A DNA stretch of 64,000 bases from Bispira polyomma (lineage: Eukaryota): contig OZ287754.1 of NCBI GenBank assembly GCA_965649765.1, positions 41,788,001-41,852,000 of the forward strand, in the 5' to 3' direction. Each line of letters begins with the position of its first letter. Position 1 is the first letter of the stretch. Position numbers and translations under genes: made by a program. This document shows positions 38,601 through 52,810 of the stretch, piece after piece. The notes under the pieces are model-generated. The model did not search any database. It was not told the DNA's origin and was given only the letters and a program-made list of their open reading frames with translations.

Positions 38601-40924
38601 CAAATTAAGAATAACAAATCTATGAGGGTATATATGTGTGTATTTATAAAATGTATGTGTAAAATTGTGTAAAATATCAGTTCTATACTACTGGCTATGT
38701 ACATTTTTTGGTAAAGAATACAATAATAAAAGGTTACAACATTTAATACTCAAGCTGAGGTCACATGCTTATTTTCCAGTTTAAGTTTATGGTTATACCT
38801 TATTTAACTTTAAGTTTTAACTTAAAGGCAATTTTGAGTTTAAATTTAAGTTGCTCTTAAACTAATGACGAAACACCTGAACAAAGACGTTTAAGGTGAC
38901 CCTAACTTGAGTGGTCACCAAAGTTAACTTAAACTGTGCCAGTTTAAGGTTACCTAACCCACAAGTGTGGATTTTGAATTTAAGATGCCAATGTTTTAAT
39001 ACTCAGTTGACCTAAACTTTTCCAATGGTTTATAATTTTTGACAAATGATACATGAAGACAGCCTCAGTTAAAATACCGATGACTATAAAATTACTTGTT
39101 TTCTACTTTAAAAACAAAGATCCAGTAAAGAGGTGCATTGTCATACCACTTATAGTGTTTAAGCAAATTCCTTACTAACAACCTTGTACAATAATTAGAT
39201 GCGATTCAAGACATAACATAATTTCCAATTGAGCTCATACCTTTTAAATGTCTTCTGTTTGAGCATAGGATTACGATGTACACCTCAATTATACGTATCT
39301 TACACTAACCTACTCCAAGGGAATAGGGTGGTAAGAAATTAGAAGTTCCTGCCACACTTGCCTGAACTTATTTACTAATAAGTCTAGTCCCTAGTTCGAC
39401 TCCCGCCAATGCCATATGAACACACAACACAAAATGGCCATGTTGTTTGACTATCTCTTCTTGACTTTGATGAGTGTCTTAATATCTATTGTAGTGCTGT
39501 ATAATTAGTTTATTTGGGTTAACGGTGCCTTCAACACATTTTGTGTCATATAACAATGGGAAGTTCACTGTGAAGAAATGAGAACTGGGTAGTTGGTAAT
39601 GATTTTTCTGCACCACAAAACACTGGTCTTCAATAAGTCTACTGCTACACACACATGGAACCACATAATTACAGAGGTGGGATGCAAGTGTGTTAACGTT
39701 ACACCACCAAAGCCCCCGGAAGCGCTTTAGAAGTTTAACACATCAGGCAAGACTAAGTGCATTCAGGAGTGATACCTCTTTAAGCAAGCGTTGTCTGCTT
39801 TAAAAGGGGGTTCCACACTCAGGATTTGGTTCCCGACCTTCCCAACTTTGTGATCGATAACAGGAAAAACGGCAAAACATATAGGTCGGGGGCCAAAAAC
39901 GAGGTGATCGGGAAGGTTGGGAAGAATATAAGAAAAGTTTGATATTTTGTAAAAGTGTCCCGACTTGTGTCCACGACCTCTAAAAACGGGAAGGTCGGCT
40001 TTGGCGAATAAGTTCGATCCTATTGGTGATACGTTTTGTCTGTTAGGTCTTATTATCACTCCTGGCATGTCCTAACGCTGGCCCGTCGAAACGTAAAAGT
40101 CGGGGGCAAAAACGGGGTGGTCGGGAGGAATTTATGTATGAAGACGCATATAAAAGCCCATTTTGTCAGTCTCGATAACGTAAATCAGTTTAAAACTTGT
40201 TTACCTTTGCGACATCAAATCGACTTGAAAATCAGGCCCATTTTGCCGATCAAACTTGAATGTGGAACACCCCTTTAGGTTTGACTCAGTAAACATGCAC
40301 CTTCCTTATGAACCGTATTGTGTACATAGAACTGTTATTAGCCATTAACTCCTTAGGGGATGCCTGGACATCAATTTGGCATTAAATTGAAATTATTTAT
40401 TACAATAACTATAGTAAATCAAAAATAATAATCTCACCACATACTGCCTCTTCTTTATAGCAAACATATTTAACCTTCACCTGCCTGCTCCAGCAGGAGT
40501 TCCTTTGAATGTTACACCATGTTCTGCATTGACTCATATGAAATCCACTTATAGTCAGATTACAGCTACCTGCCTCTTTACACTGATCAGTCATATTTAG
40601 AAACAATTTGTCACTCTGATCAAACATCACAAGACATATGTCATTGTGTTTAAAGTTACAGCATTCCGTATCACCGGGTGTCCCACCTGAGCAGTCCCAG
40701 TCTCCAGGAAATGATGGCCTGATAAAGGCTATTTCAAGTATAGTTATCCAATTAGCAGAGCCACATGTTATATCTACATTTATGTCCTCTGGTTGATTAT
40801 CTTTATATGTATTAAAACAACCACCATATGTTATGTAAGTTAGGTTGTATGCTGTGTTTCTGTTTATATAGTATAGTGCAAGTATTGCTATTGATGACAA
40901 ACTTCTGTGTTTAACCAAATGCAT
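35684..40924 (-). CDS. Receptor paralog D; exons 40924-40438, 38287-38237, 36843-36768, 36248-35684 (~392 aa)
   Basis: Canonical GT/AG junctions, phases 1,1,2; 1179 nt in frame; TM LAAALVVMIPVSLLTGIIVTLVFL; tail has ENPYY, DNPFY and GNYVYTYGHFQLEGR. Confidence 0.8.
39804..40274. mobile_element. Harbinger-like MITE in intron 1 of gene D
   Basis: agggggttccacactcagg...cttgaatgtggaacacccct TIRs; TAA/TTA flanks. Confidence 0.65.
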
Positions 40925-40936
40925 TGTGAGAAAATG

Positions 40937-40969
<33 letters not shown>

Positions 40970-42024
40970 TTAATTCCTCTTATATAGAAAGCATTAGCTC
41001 CAAATAATCTTTGGTTTGCCAATTTGTCTTAATTTGTATCAGAATAATAGTAATATAACATCATTTGTTTAATGATCAGTATCAAGTTAAAGTAGGGATT
41101 TTCTTATCATCTTTTAAAGTATAATTAACTTCCTTGTATGTTGTCAAAATAATCAGACTCTGCCATTAATACAAGACACTTGAATTTATCAGCTAAGAGG
41201 TTGTTTCTGTCTTTTTGCCTGAAACTTTTACATGTGTAATTTTTACAAATTTTAGCTTTTATCCAATTACTTTTATGTGGCAAATTTAGTACTTTCTTCT
41301 TGGTTTGCTAATTGGACAAAGGTTAAGTGGTATTTATCTTTTGAACAAATACTTCAGTGTTCTTAACTTTGAGAACCATTGACAACCTGTTTGATGATCA
41401 ACCTGCTTGTAAATTTTATCAAACTTTATTAAAGATAAGTGTCTTCCATAATATCACTTGTAAGTTGTAAGACCATGAAGGCCAAATTTTAAGGATTGAG
41501 GCTGAAGGTAAATGTTTTCCAGGTCAGAAATTTTTACCAACGACCATCTACTGGTTTCCTCCACCTCCCACTCTACCCATAGCGATACAATAAAGAGATA
41601 TAAATTAAAGTGATGTTAAACTAATATGAACTATTGGTCACAGGGCTAAGAATACATGAAAACATTTTAGTGTCATTATAATTTAACACAAGAGATTGTA
41701 CAGATTAATGAAATGAAAAGATTAAGAACTTACTATGTTACTGCAAAATATGACTACAGTGAAACGTGTATAGAAAGACCACCCAAGGCAACCCTCAACA
41801 GTTGTCATTATTGGTTAGTTTTTATATAGAGGTTGAATATTATTAAATATTAGTCTTGGGCAATGAAAGTATTGTCTTTATTCAAAGGTCGCATTTCTGT
41901 AGAGCGGGTGTCTCCAGCAAGAGGTGATAACATAGTGTCTGACTAATTGCCGCAGATAATTGAACACACCTATCTATCATCAGGAAAGTTCTTTTTCATC
42001 AAAATTTTGTAGCAGCCTACCATT

Positions 42025-42865
42025 GATCTTCTATGTCTATAGGTATAATTGTGCAAACTATACAGTATATGTTCTGTGTGTAAAGGTTTACATATCCAAA
42101 CTATACAATATATCTTCTATATCTAAAGGTTTACATGTCCAAACTATACAATACATCTTCTATGTCTAAAGCATTACATGTCCAAACTATACAGTATATC
42201 CTTTATGTATAAAAGTTTATATGTGCAAACTATACAATCTATCTTCTATATGTATAGGTTTACATATCCAAACTATACAATACATCTTCCATATCTAAAG
42301 GTTTACATGTCTAAACCTTACAATATATATCTTCTATATCTAAAGGTTTACATTTCTAAACCATGTAATATAACTTTTATGTCTAAATGTTTACATGTCT
42401 AAACCATACAATATATCTTCCATATATATAAAGGTTTACATGTCCAAACTATAAGTATATCTTCTATGTCTAAAGGTTTACATATTCAAACTATTCAATA
42501 TATCTTCTATATGTAAAGGTTTACATGTCTCAACTATACAATACATCTTCTGTATGTAAAGTTTTACATGTTCAAACTACACAAACTATCTTGTATGTCT
42601 AAAGGTATACATGTCCAAAGTATATCATATATCTTCTATGGCTAAAGATTTACATGTCTAAACTATAACATATATATTCTATATCTAAAGGTTTACACAT
42701 ATCTTCTATGTGTAAAGGTTCACATGTCCAAACTATACAATATATCTTTTAGGTGTAAAGGTTCACATGTCCAAATTATACAATATATCTTCTATGTCTG
42801 TAGGTTAACATCTCCAAACTATATAACATAAATTCTATGTCTAAAGGTTTACATGTCAAAATATA
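42025..42865. repeat. Minisatellite with ~40-bp unit, ~20 degenerate copies
   Basis: Unit tcttctatatctaaaggtttacatgtccaaactatacaata(ta) repeated head to tail. Confidence 0.9.
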
Positions 42866-43084
42866 CTATGTTAAAAGCGTTCACTTCATAATCACAGGCC
42901 TCTCACATATGTAGGTTTATTTCTGGGGGGTTTTTTTCCTTCACATGGGAAAGTTTATCATGTATTTGCCATAGGCCAGTGGTTTCCCACACTGTTAAAT
43001 CTGACCTTCATAGTATGACCTAACCTGTTCAAAGCCACGTAAAAGCCAACTAAATTCAAGTCAAAATCCAAACTATACAATCTT

Positions 43085-46000
43085 CTATGTCACATCTCTT
43101 TGTCTGCCCTCCAGGCCAAAATATCCATAGGTATACATGTAATTCCCCCCTCTGTCAGTTGGCTGATTCACCTTGTCACCTTGATCCTCTTCCTTGTTAT
43201 GATCCCCGCTTTCATAATATGGGTTTTCCTCCAAGACAACTTTTTGGTCTTCAAGTTTATTGGCAAGCGAAGTATGCCTCAATTTGTCTAATACTTTATC
43301 ATTATCGTCTGAGCCTTCGTAATATGAATTTTCTTTAAGTGTCAGCTCATTCTTAGTTTCATCTTTTCTGAATTGTCTATCTAGTTGAGAATCTCCAGTG
43401 GTAATTTGTGGATTTAAATGATTCTTTTCTACATTGATGTCATCATACTGATCTTTATTATAGTCTAAACTGTTTTGCTGAACCTTAAAAGGTTTGTTAC
43501 CACTGTTTGTAGCATTGCCATCTCTATCTGATAAACAACACCTAAAATGAAATGCATTAATTTTAATGTCTGGATATTTGTGTACTTTAGAACATCAAAA
43601 GGTTTACAATTGACCTGTAAAGACTTGATAGATGGGGATTTGGGTGATTCCTCTTTTGTTAAATCACATCAGGGTTGGTATTTGCAAAGATTACTTTATT
43701 TACATTGTCACAATGAATTTGATTGTCTCAAATATTGTTTTAAGGAATCTGATTTGTTAAGACTATGCAAGCTCTAAGAACTGTATTCTAATGATACACT
43801 TTTAACCTCGATTGTTCATTTTTTTTCTGTGGTAAGAGATATGTTGGTCATGGATCTCCAGACACCCTTATATCCCCACATAGCGGGTTAAGAAGATTAA
43901 GTCACCCTAGCCAAAGTTTATATTTGAAAGAACCTGCTATAAAAAAGAAGGACATTCGGCAGGTAGTCGGTGAGCTGATTTGAAACTTGGGTCATTCAGT
44001 AGCCAAGTTGGGCGGGTAACAATCAACTTCAGCCAGTTTCTCCCATGGCCCAAGATCTAAAGAACTCACCGTATGATCAGTAAAGTGCCCGCAATTCCAG
44101 CTAGTAAACACACAGGAACTGCAACTCCCAACGCTATGATTATTCCTACACGTAGAGTATTTGTAATAAAAGTAATATTTACCTGGGAAAATATTATTTG
44201 ATTGGATGAGATTAAGGTGAATTAAATATTTTATTCTGTTTTTAACAAATTTTATATTTGTCTTAGTAGTAGTTTGTAAAATAAAAATTGTTATATTTTG
44301 TTTTTCTTTAGTGATACTTAACTTTCACATGGAACCTGATTTATAAAGTTCTCATTTATTGTTTATATTAAATTTCTATACTATTGCTACAATCGATGTT
44401 CCGGCATCTTATGTGGTACATATGCAAATCACTATCCAAAAAGAGTAGTCTGATAGAATGAAATGGTATGCCAGAACCTTGACTTGATACAGATCGATTT
44501 TTAATATTTTTTGCAATTCTATAATTTTTGTTTCAGTGAATATACTGACAGGGAGATTATTCCATTCAGAAAGTGCTATGACAATAAGATTAATTATCTA
44601 GAAGCTGTTAGTTCTAGGGCAACAAGTAAGAGGTGGAGAGACTATATTTCCTCAGGTGGGATTGCTAAGTAATCATCCTTTATGAATATATTAGGATATT
44701 TGTTTTAAATTTAATGTAGAGCTAGGTTGGTGGCCTGTGTAGCTTTTGACACAGACAGGTCATATGTGAGCATCGGCCAACTTGATTCTGCAATGATTAT
44801 TCTTTCTTTTTACAGCTTGTTTATTTTCACTTTGTTAATACCATATGGTAGAGAATTACAGTAGTTAAGTCAGCTTATAATCAATGTATTAGCAACTACA
44901 ACAGCATTTAACAAATGTGAATTGATTTAAACTTCTTCTTATTGACACCGAAATACAAACGCTGCCAAACAAAATAAGGAAGTCTATAAAACGTTATAAC
45001 AAAAGATATATGGATTTACACCTTTTCGAAAGTGGCCCCATTGGCACATAATTTTGGGTTAATACATATATTTATAAAATAACCTTATTTTCAATCCTTC
45101 CATTACAAGTTTCTAAATAAAATTCCTAATTGCAACCATAATTAATATAATTGGAATATTAGAGATAGCCCGTTATGCAACTATTGCAGATTATTTGACA
45201 CTATTGAACAGCATCTATATTACTGCAAAGATTCCAATGTCTTTCAGGGGAAACAAATACGTGGATCAACAAGGTCATGAACAGTGAGAATTGTGAATAT
45301 TCTGTCTGTGAAATTTAATTAGGGGTAACTGTATCTGTATAATACTGGAAAACCTCCTAATAAAGTAACTCTCCCAGGAAGAGAGTGTGTGATGGTAATT
45401 TTTTGGTGTATATTGACTTTTAGTCGTGCTTTTAACTGATCAAAAGAGACACTATTGTCTATTTCGCCATTGAGGTTATTCCACAATGGTATTGTTTGTG
45501 AGAAGAATGAAAATTTGTAGGCGTCACAGTTTGATCCAATAGTTCTCTACTGCAGATTGTGTTTCTTTCAGGTAGAGGTATATGGCCACTCCAGGTGCTC
45601 TTTTCTGCCTACTGCTACTGTTATATTTACAATTTTGAAAAAATAACGAATTTGAATTTGGATATTTAACGTCCACTCTAGTACCTTTTAGTAGGTTATA
45701 TTGGGATGGGTAGTTGGAAATGCTGGAGGAAACACTGCATACAGTCGGTCAAGGTTCTGCAGAGAAACCAGCGGCCCACAGTAAGGAACTACCACCTTTC
45801 CCACATAGGCATCGACGGGATCCAAACTCACGCCGCCCAGAGGTGAAAGACCAGTGATTGTGAAGCGCAATGCTTGCTAACCAATAGGCCACTGCAGCCC
45901 CCCTTGAAAAAATAACGAGACTGGTTATATGGGTATATAGGTATATGAACAACTAAACAACTGCCCCTACCTGTTTGACTGTTTTTGCTTTTGTCTGTAG

Positions 46001-47395
46001 CATTCTCTGCTTCTAGAGTTGATTCTGGAGGGTGGAATCAATTACATATTTAGAAAAAGTATGGTTGTAATTGTATTGTTTATTTGTTGTATTTTATTCA
46101 AATTTATACTCATTTATCTACCTTCATCTCATATTCAAAGTACTAATATTTAAAGCACTAATTATTTTCTTGACTGCTAACCAGCAACCATAAAGTAGCA
46201 TTTCCCTAAATAAAGAGAGAGGCTTGTGGATTGCCATTACCTTACCGTCCCCAAGGTTATTAACCCTGCAACTGGGAATAGGACAAAATGTCCAAAAACT
46301 GCTACTTAAGGGGGTCATCCAAGCCACTATTCATATGCCTTTACATGGTCACCCTATGCTGGGATTGAGCTCATGTCCTTTGTGTTCCTAAGCGAGTGTT
46401 TTACCCACTGAGACACAGTGGTATATAATGGTAGTAATAATTTAATGGACTCATTTAGACTTGTTATGTCTATAGCTTTTTTTCTGTAATAAAGGTCCAT
46501 CGTTAAGTAAGGTCCCCCCCATTTAAAGAAAATTTTGTATCACTTAATACCAATGTTTCAGGTACCATACTAAAATAGAATGGAAAACACATCTCTTTCA
46601 GGCAGTGTTGAAATTAGTAATAATATGATTTGTCTTCAATAATTTAATTATAATGTAGATCAGCATCTGCATTTTATTGGCCTTACGGTTATACAAACAG
46701 TAATTTTGAGGGTAGTTTAGTTGTGTTATACATATTACTATGATCTTTAACAATATGTTACAGCGCCACATATCAACATTGTTTTCTTTAATAATAGCCT
46801 CCCTTTTGGAAAACGCAAAGCACTGTATATAAGGCTACATGATATTGTGTTACTAAATATATTTTAATGTTAATGATTTTGTTACAACTTGTAACTTACC
46901 AGTTCTCTTGTAGCATGTGTAGGTTACTTTAGCCGTTCTGGCCCAACAGGATCCATCAAAGCCACTGGCCTTACAAGAAACTCGAATTTTACAGTCATTC
47001 ATATGCAATGGGCTTATGGTTAACAGACACTCCTCCTTTTCTTTGCAAGTATCAGTAGCATTTATAGCTAATGTATCATTTGCCTGGTAAGACAATAAAC
47101 ATACGGCATTGTATTCAAAGCTACAGCATCTGGTGTCAGACTCATTTATACAAACCTTGTCTCCCATACCATATGGTCTGATATATGTCACCTCAAGTAT
47201 ATGGACCATATCTGAAGGCTCACATGACAATGTAAGGTTGATATCCCTCGGCGGTGCTGTGTGTTTAGTTGTAGAATCCCAAAAACAGCCTTGCACTGTC
47301 CCACCAACTGTAGTTAACCTCATGACTTGGCTGTGAATATATATCAGAAAAAAACCTATACCAAACCAGTGCCGGTTTATGTTGGAAATAAACAT
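43085..47395 (-). CDS. Receptor paralog E; exons 47395-46900, 46024-45971, 44145-44070, 43541-43085 (~360 aa)
   Basis: Canonical junctions, phases 1,1,2; 1083 nt in frame; TM IIIALGVAVPVCLLAGIAGTLLII; tail has ENSYY, ENPYY and GNYMYTYGYFGLEGR. Confidence 0.8.
45400..45634 (-). mobile_element. CR1/L2-group LINE ORF2 C-terminal fragment
   Basis: Translates to CDAYKFSFFSQTIPLWNNL, typical of the ORF2 C-terminus. Confidence 0.6.
45650..45903 (-). mobile_element. tRNA-derived SINE with 15-bp TSD
   Basis: TSD ttgaaaaaataacga at 45635-45649 and 45904-45918; A-box-like tggcctattgg, B-box-like gagtttggatcc; caaatt repeat tail. Confidence 0.8.
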
Positions 47396-50300
47396 CTTGA
47401 ACTTAAATTGAGCTAATAATGTAATTTAAAGAATCCAGATATACACAGAAATTTGATTGTCCGGTGTCTCCCTAAGGATAAATATTATCCTATTCAGTCA
47501 AGAGATTGCACAGAAAATGCCAGTTCAATTACCTCTCTCAGTGGTCACAAAACACTACATATGTCTGACATAATAAAATATCTGTAGTTGACAGAATTAA
47601 ATTCACTGATGGGTATCAGTTGTTCAGTATTTTATTCCTTTCATTACTGGTATACATATAGCTTTATACTGAAAAGGACCTAAGAGTTATACCATACATG
47701 GAATATAGTGTATTTGTGTTCATATATGTCACAACACTTAGTTTTATATATCTCTATAACACATTTACATCCTGTGGTATTTTTGTTAAATTGTATGTCA
47801 CAACAGTTAGTTTTATATAACTACAACATTTACTTTCTCTAGTAGTTCAAATACACCCCCCAGCTCAATATTTTGTTATATAGCCTTTACGTAGCTTATC
47901 TTACCGTTACATGTTGATTATATATAGTTCTGCTTTTTGGAGCACTTTATATTGAAGAATCAGATACTTGTTTGATGTAATATAATGTACACCACTTCAG
48001 GCATGACTTTCTATCATTGTGGCCTAGTGGGCAACACACTCACTTAGGAGCACAGAGGACCTGGGTTGGATCCCAGCCTGGAGCCTCTGATTTTCATCTA
48101 TACAACATATAAGCCTCTTCTTTATACTATGAGGTGTTTTCGTATCAAGTTGTAGTGAGATATTTAGTGGATTGATTTTGCATCTCTGATCAGCTGTTCA
48201 GGTGCCTGTTTGTATTCAAAATAAATTGTTGCTGTTTGGCGTCTTGATAAAGACTAATACTTCTCTTTCAACAAATACAAAAAGTTGCGTATAAGTAAAT
48301 ACAAAATTGATACCAAATTACCAGTCCGTGGGTGGTTTGTTTGATATACTTGATGCTCTTTTGATACATATGATTGGACAGGTTATGACTGGTTAAAATT
48401 CTACACAATATTGTTATACCAAACATGACGTCTGATTTTGTTTGTATTTCTTGATGAATGTCTCTATTTATTGTCTAATTGATAAGTCAAAGTTGCAAAG
48501 TTATTTTGTCAAAAAACTGTTGGTATGCCCAAAATACATAGACAGCAGTAAATATACTAGCAGTCTTCTTTTTGCTAAATAACCTCATCACCATTTGATG
48601 TTTTGAATTATTAATGCTTAACAGTGGACATTTAATGCTGATGAAATTTAATTCAAACTTTTAAAAAGGATTAAAAATTTAATTCAGGCTTAAATTTGAC
48701 AGTTTGATAGCACATTGTAGTTATAATAAGTGAGTCTTATTTGAAGGGAAAGATTAAAAGTTTAATTACAGTGTGTAAGGATTATCACAGTAGCAGTAAT
48801 ATGATGGAAAACCACAACCATATTTTGTAAACAATGATGCCATTGTCGCAGAGAAATCATTTAGTTTTTGATCTCTTATAGAATCCTAATGTCTATGCCC
48901 TAATGCACTCATCTGACCAATTCGAAACAAAGGAGGGGTGGATGTAAGTTTATAGTCTGATATTAACTCTATTGAGGTATTACCCGACGTTACAGTTTGC
49001 ACCCCTAGCCTGGGTTCTTCCACTTGTCAACCAACTCTTCATGTAAATTACCTTGTCCAAGGGTACCATCTCCAGACTGGCAGAGAGGATCGAACCGGGG
49101 CTCACAGATCACCCAGATCCAAAGTCTGACACTCTAACCACTAGGCCACAAGGACCACTATTTTGATTTTTTTTTTATAAATAAAGTGTTTACCTTCTAC
49201 GATTCTAACATATTTTCTTGACGCAACAGACCTTATTTTGAAAAAAGATACATTGGAGCTACTTTTTTTTATTCCCAGAATTACAAACGATTTATTTGTG
49301 TGTTCTGCACTTCAGCAAGTGTACTGCTAACTTCCCCACATGTATGCCGGGAGCCGAGATTTAAACACACAGACACAGAGATGGGAAGCGAGTTTGTTTT
49401 TATTACAGCACTGAGGCTTAATGGTGGTTGGAATCAATATAGATGTTCTATACCTTAAAACTCACCTCATTTTAGGACCAATCTCAGTCGTTATGAGAAG
49501 ATCTCTGACCGCCACCCATAATATATCTATCTTATTAGCCAGGATGGGGACAACGGTGGACTAATGAATTGCAGCGTTCCCTTCACAACCACGCACTATG
49601 AGGACAGTGGTTTGAACCCCACTGCTTGTACTTAAAATGGCAGCCTTCTGTGATTGGGATCATATCCCCAATTGCAGGCTAAAGAACCTTGGGGACGTTG
49701 ATAAATAGAATCTTTCTTCTATTTAAGGGAATGATAGTTACTGATGCTTGTTGACTCTAGTCAAGAAATGTTTAGTAAATGCTTTGACTACCTTATAAAA
49801 GTAGTGTAAATGTGTGGAGTATAAATTTGAATACAGTACACTATAATACAACTCTTTCATATGAGGAAGTGTATAAGTATATATCCCACCTAAAAGGTGG
49901 GAAAGTGACAATGAATGTAAATAAACTCAAAGTCTAATCTTGGCCAGACTCTTCATCTACACAAACCTAACCAAGCATCAAGTTATCAAATGCATTAAAT
50001 TGAAAACGATCGAGTTTCTTTGAATAATAAATGCATTAACACAATGCAGTGCTTCCCTTAAGGATCCTACTTTCTTAAGGTTTATACTTACAAGTCCAGG
50101 ATAACCATATTGCATTTGATTGTCCTACCCTGTTGAATAGTTAACCTCATTGCATCAGGACATCGGAGTAAAAACATGTGTTTAATGATGCATTATCCCA
50201 GTTACCATTGGATTCTCTGTTCTTGACCATATGCTGTTTCTTCAATTATAATTTTTAGTTAGTTAGTCAGTTACCTTGGCGCCTTAGAATTTGATATATT

Positions 50301-50828
50301 AACAAAAATCAGCCCCACAAATAAGGATTTGATAATAATAAAAATATCAATTGGTTTTATAAAAAATTTGTCTGAACTGAACATTCTTAGGACATTAATT
50401 GATTTAATGAGTGTTACTTAACCTGAGATAACATGAGTATATATTACCACTTATTGTGCCACTTGTTATCAACTTTTCACTGGGTAAATAATACATGGAC
50501 TTTTGTTACAAGGAATGTAATAACAAAAGGAAAACTACCCTCATACATATGCCAGTTTTTTATTACCTCTGAAGAATAAACCTACATTTAGACACTGGTA
50601 TATATTTCAAGCACACTCGGATATAGTATTATATATCATTTTAATAGAGTTTTTAGGAAAACTAAAGAGATTTTAGTTTGATTGTGGAAACGTCTATTCA
50701 TTTATTTATGATCTAATTAGGTGAAAATCAAGTGTAGCATTTGAGATTAAATTCCTGGTGAATTCTGTTAATTTACTTAACACAATTCCACTTGTTATGT
50801 TATTACACTAAAAAAAAACCACACTAAT

Positions 50829-52003
50829 ACCGTGGTAACAATGAGCATGTTTGTGTTTACGTTTGCTTCGTTTTAAAAGTAAGCAAACGAAAAAAACTAA
50901 GTAAAAATTCGGACTTATCGGCAATACAATCTGACAGATTCATAACCCAGACCATCAAGATCGAACTTCTAAAAGTCAATTGTCAGGACATTTAAAATTG
51001 TTTTAAAATAGTTATTCAATATAATTAACATATCTTGTTTCAAAATATGTGCAAGTGGAATTTCATTACACATTTGTTTTATTTAAGCTATAATCTTACA
51101 ATTTACTCTATTATCGTTCCAATTAAAGTCTGTTCCAATCAATGTTCACGGGTGTATGTTCTTTCTGACTGCCCTGTCCTCCCTGTTTTCGCCACCCAAC
51201 CTATAGGTTTTGACAGGCCAGTGTTAGGACAGGCCTGGTGTAAGATAAGACATATCAGACAGAACGTAATGACAATCCCTTACCTTACTGTTTTTAAGAT
51301 CCGGGACGCAAGTCAGGGACCCTTTACAAAATATCAAACATGTTTGATATTCTTTCTGACCTTTCAGACCGCCCGTTTTTGCATCATGACCTATACAAAC
51401 TCGCCCCGGACCTCAAAATTGGGAAGGTCAGGAGCCAAATCTGTAATGTTGAAACCAGATAATGACGTTTTCGGTCGTTTTCTGAAAACTGTCCTGAAAT
51501 GGTTGGTACGTTCGGGGGAAACATATGACACGTATTCTATGCATATTTGACATAAAGGGCGGGAGTAAAACGAACTATACATACCAATAATATTAAAAAA
51601 AGAGGAGAACAAAAACGAAACAGGTTTCAAACCTTGGCTAACGTTTTTTCAAACGTAGACAACAATATAAACATAATTGAAATTTCTATTAAAAAGTGTT
51701 TAATACATGTACAAAATGTGTACAGATGCGTACTAAATGTGTACAAAACAGCCCATGCATTGACTTGTTGCTTTGTTTCCCCGAATTTTCACTTTGTTTG
51801 TCTCCTTTTTCTTATGTTTACAGAACTTAAAACGTAACACGTAGCTCAGTGTGACCATGGCGTTAGGGACCATCTTATCTATGCATGCTTATGTTTACTT
51901 AAGCGCACTACGTTCACTTTGAAAATGCTTACGTTTCACCTTACGTGTGATATTTTAAGCATTTATTGTGCGTAATCGAAACCTAAACCGAGTGTGACCA
52001 CGG
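50829..52003. mobile_element. Composite Harbinger-like MITE region
   Basis: ccgtggtaacaatgagc start; gctcagtgtgaccatggc (~51860) and gagtgtgaccacggc (~52003) ends. Confidence 0.45.
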
Positions 52004-52810
52004 CAAAATTGTCCATAATTAATCCTCATTAATCATGTTCGGTTATAAAAGTTCCAAAATGTTAAAGTGAAAATCTTAATTTGGTATGGCGACGTGGATA
52101 TAAAAACTAAAAAGGTCCATTTACAGATGATCAATCTTGTCTAAAACATGAACATTTTTAAAAAGTGAACCAATTAAAAGTGAATACAAATTGTGATTAT
52201 TGAGATCTACAAAGCTTTATACAATTGCTTTTTAATTAATTACAATACATATGTTTGCAAAAGTAAATAATGAACGTAATTTCATGATCAGTTTTATATG
52301 CACAGCTTCAGTAATTTCACTTTCAACATGCAGATTGATGGCATAGCTGACAGGGGTATTCTGACCCTGCTCTGATGACAAGACAAAATTTAAATGAGCA
52401 TCTGGAAACTCCTATGATTTGGTTATATGATGTTACTGAGATATACATCCACATTCTTGTTAGTTATAGCTCCCCGCATTATTGTGTTGTCTCATGGACC
52501 TCAAAACAAACCCATGGCAAACAAGTTTATCTTATTTTTCAAAAATTGTAAAAGTTAAAGTTTCTTTCAAAGCACTCATCAGTCAACACAGAAAAGAAGA
52601 GAGCTGTGATCAATCGCTTGCCAACTTCATTTAGTACAAGAATACTTTTGCCAAGCAGAATCTGACTTACTACTACTTTCTAATATAACATGCTTTGAAT
52701 TAGGAATATAAAAGCATTTTATGTTATACAACACAGTTATTAATACTATAATGAGCATTTTATCACAGAACCAAATATAAGGCTATGCTAACAACTGAAG
52801 CTGTATTATT

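Noticed and set aside
42025-42865. CRISPR-like appearance and ORFs 41960-42169 and 42178-42402
   Set aside because: Contiguous degenerate units without unique spacers, no cas genes, eukaryotic context; the ORFs are repeat translations
45800-45903. tRNA gene
   Set aside because: A/B-box-like head belongs to a SINE with TSD; no cloverleaf
51035-51550. 171-aa ORF
   Set aside because: Lies inside a composite MITE region, TTG start, no recognisable domain
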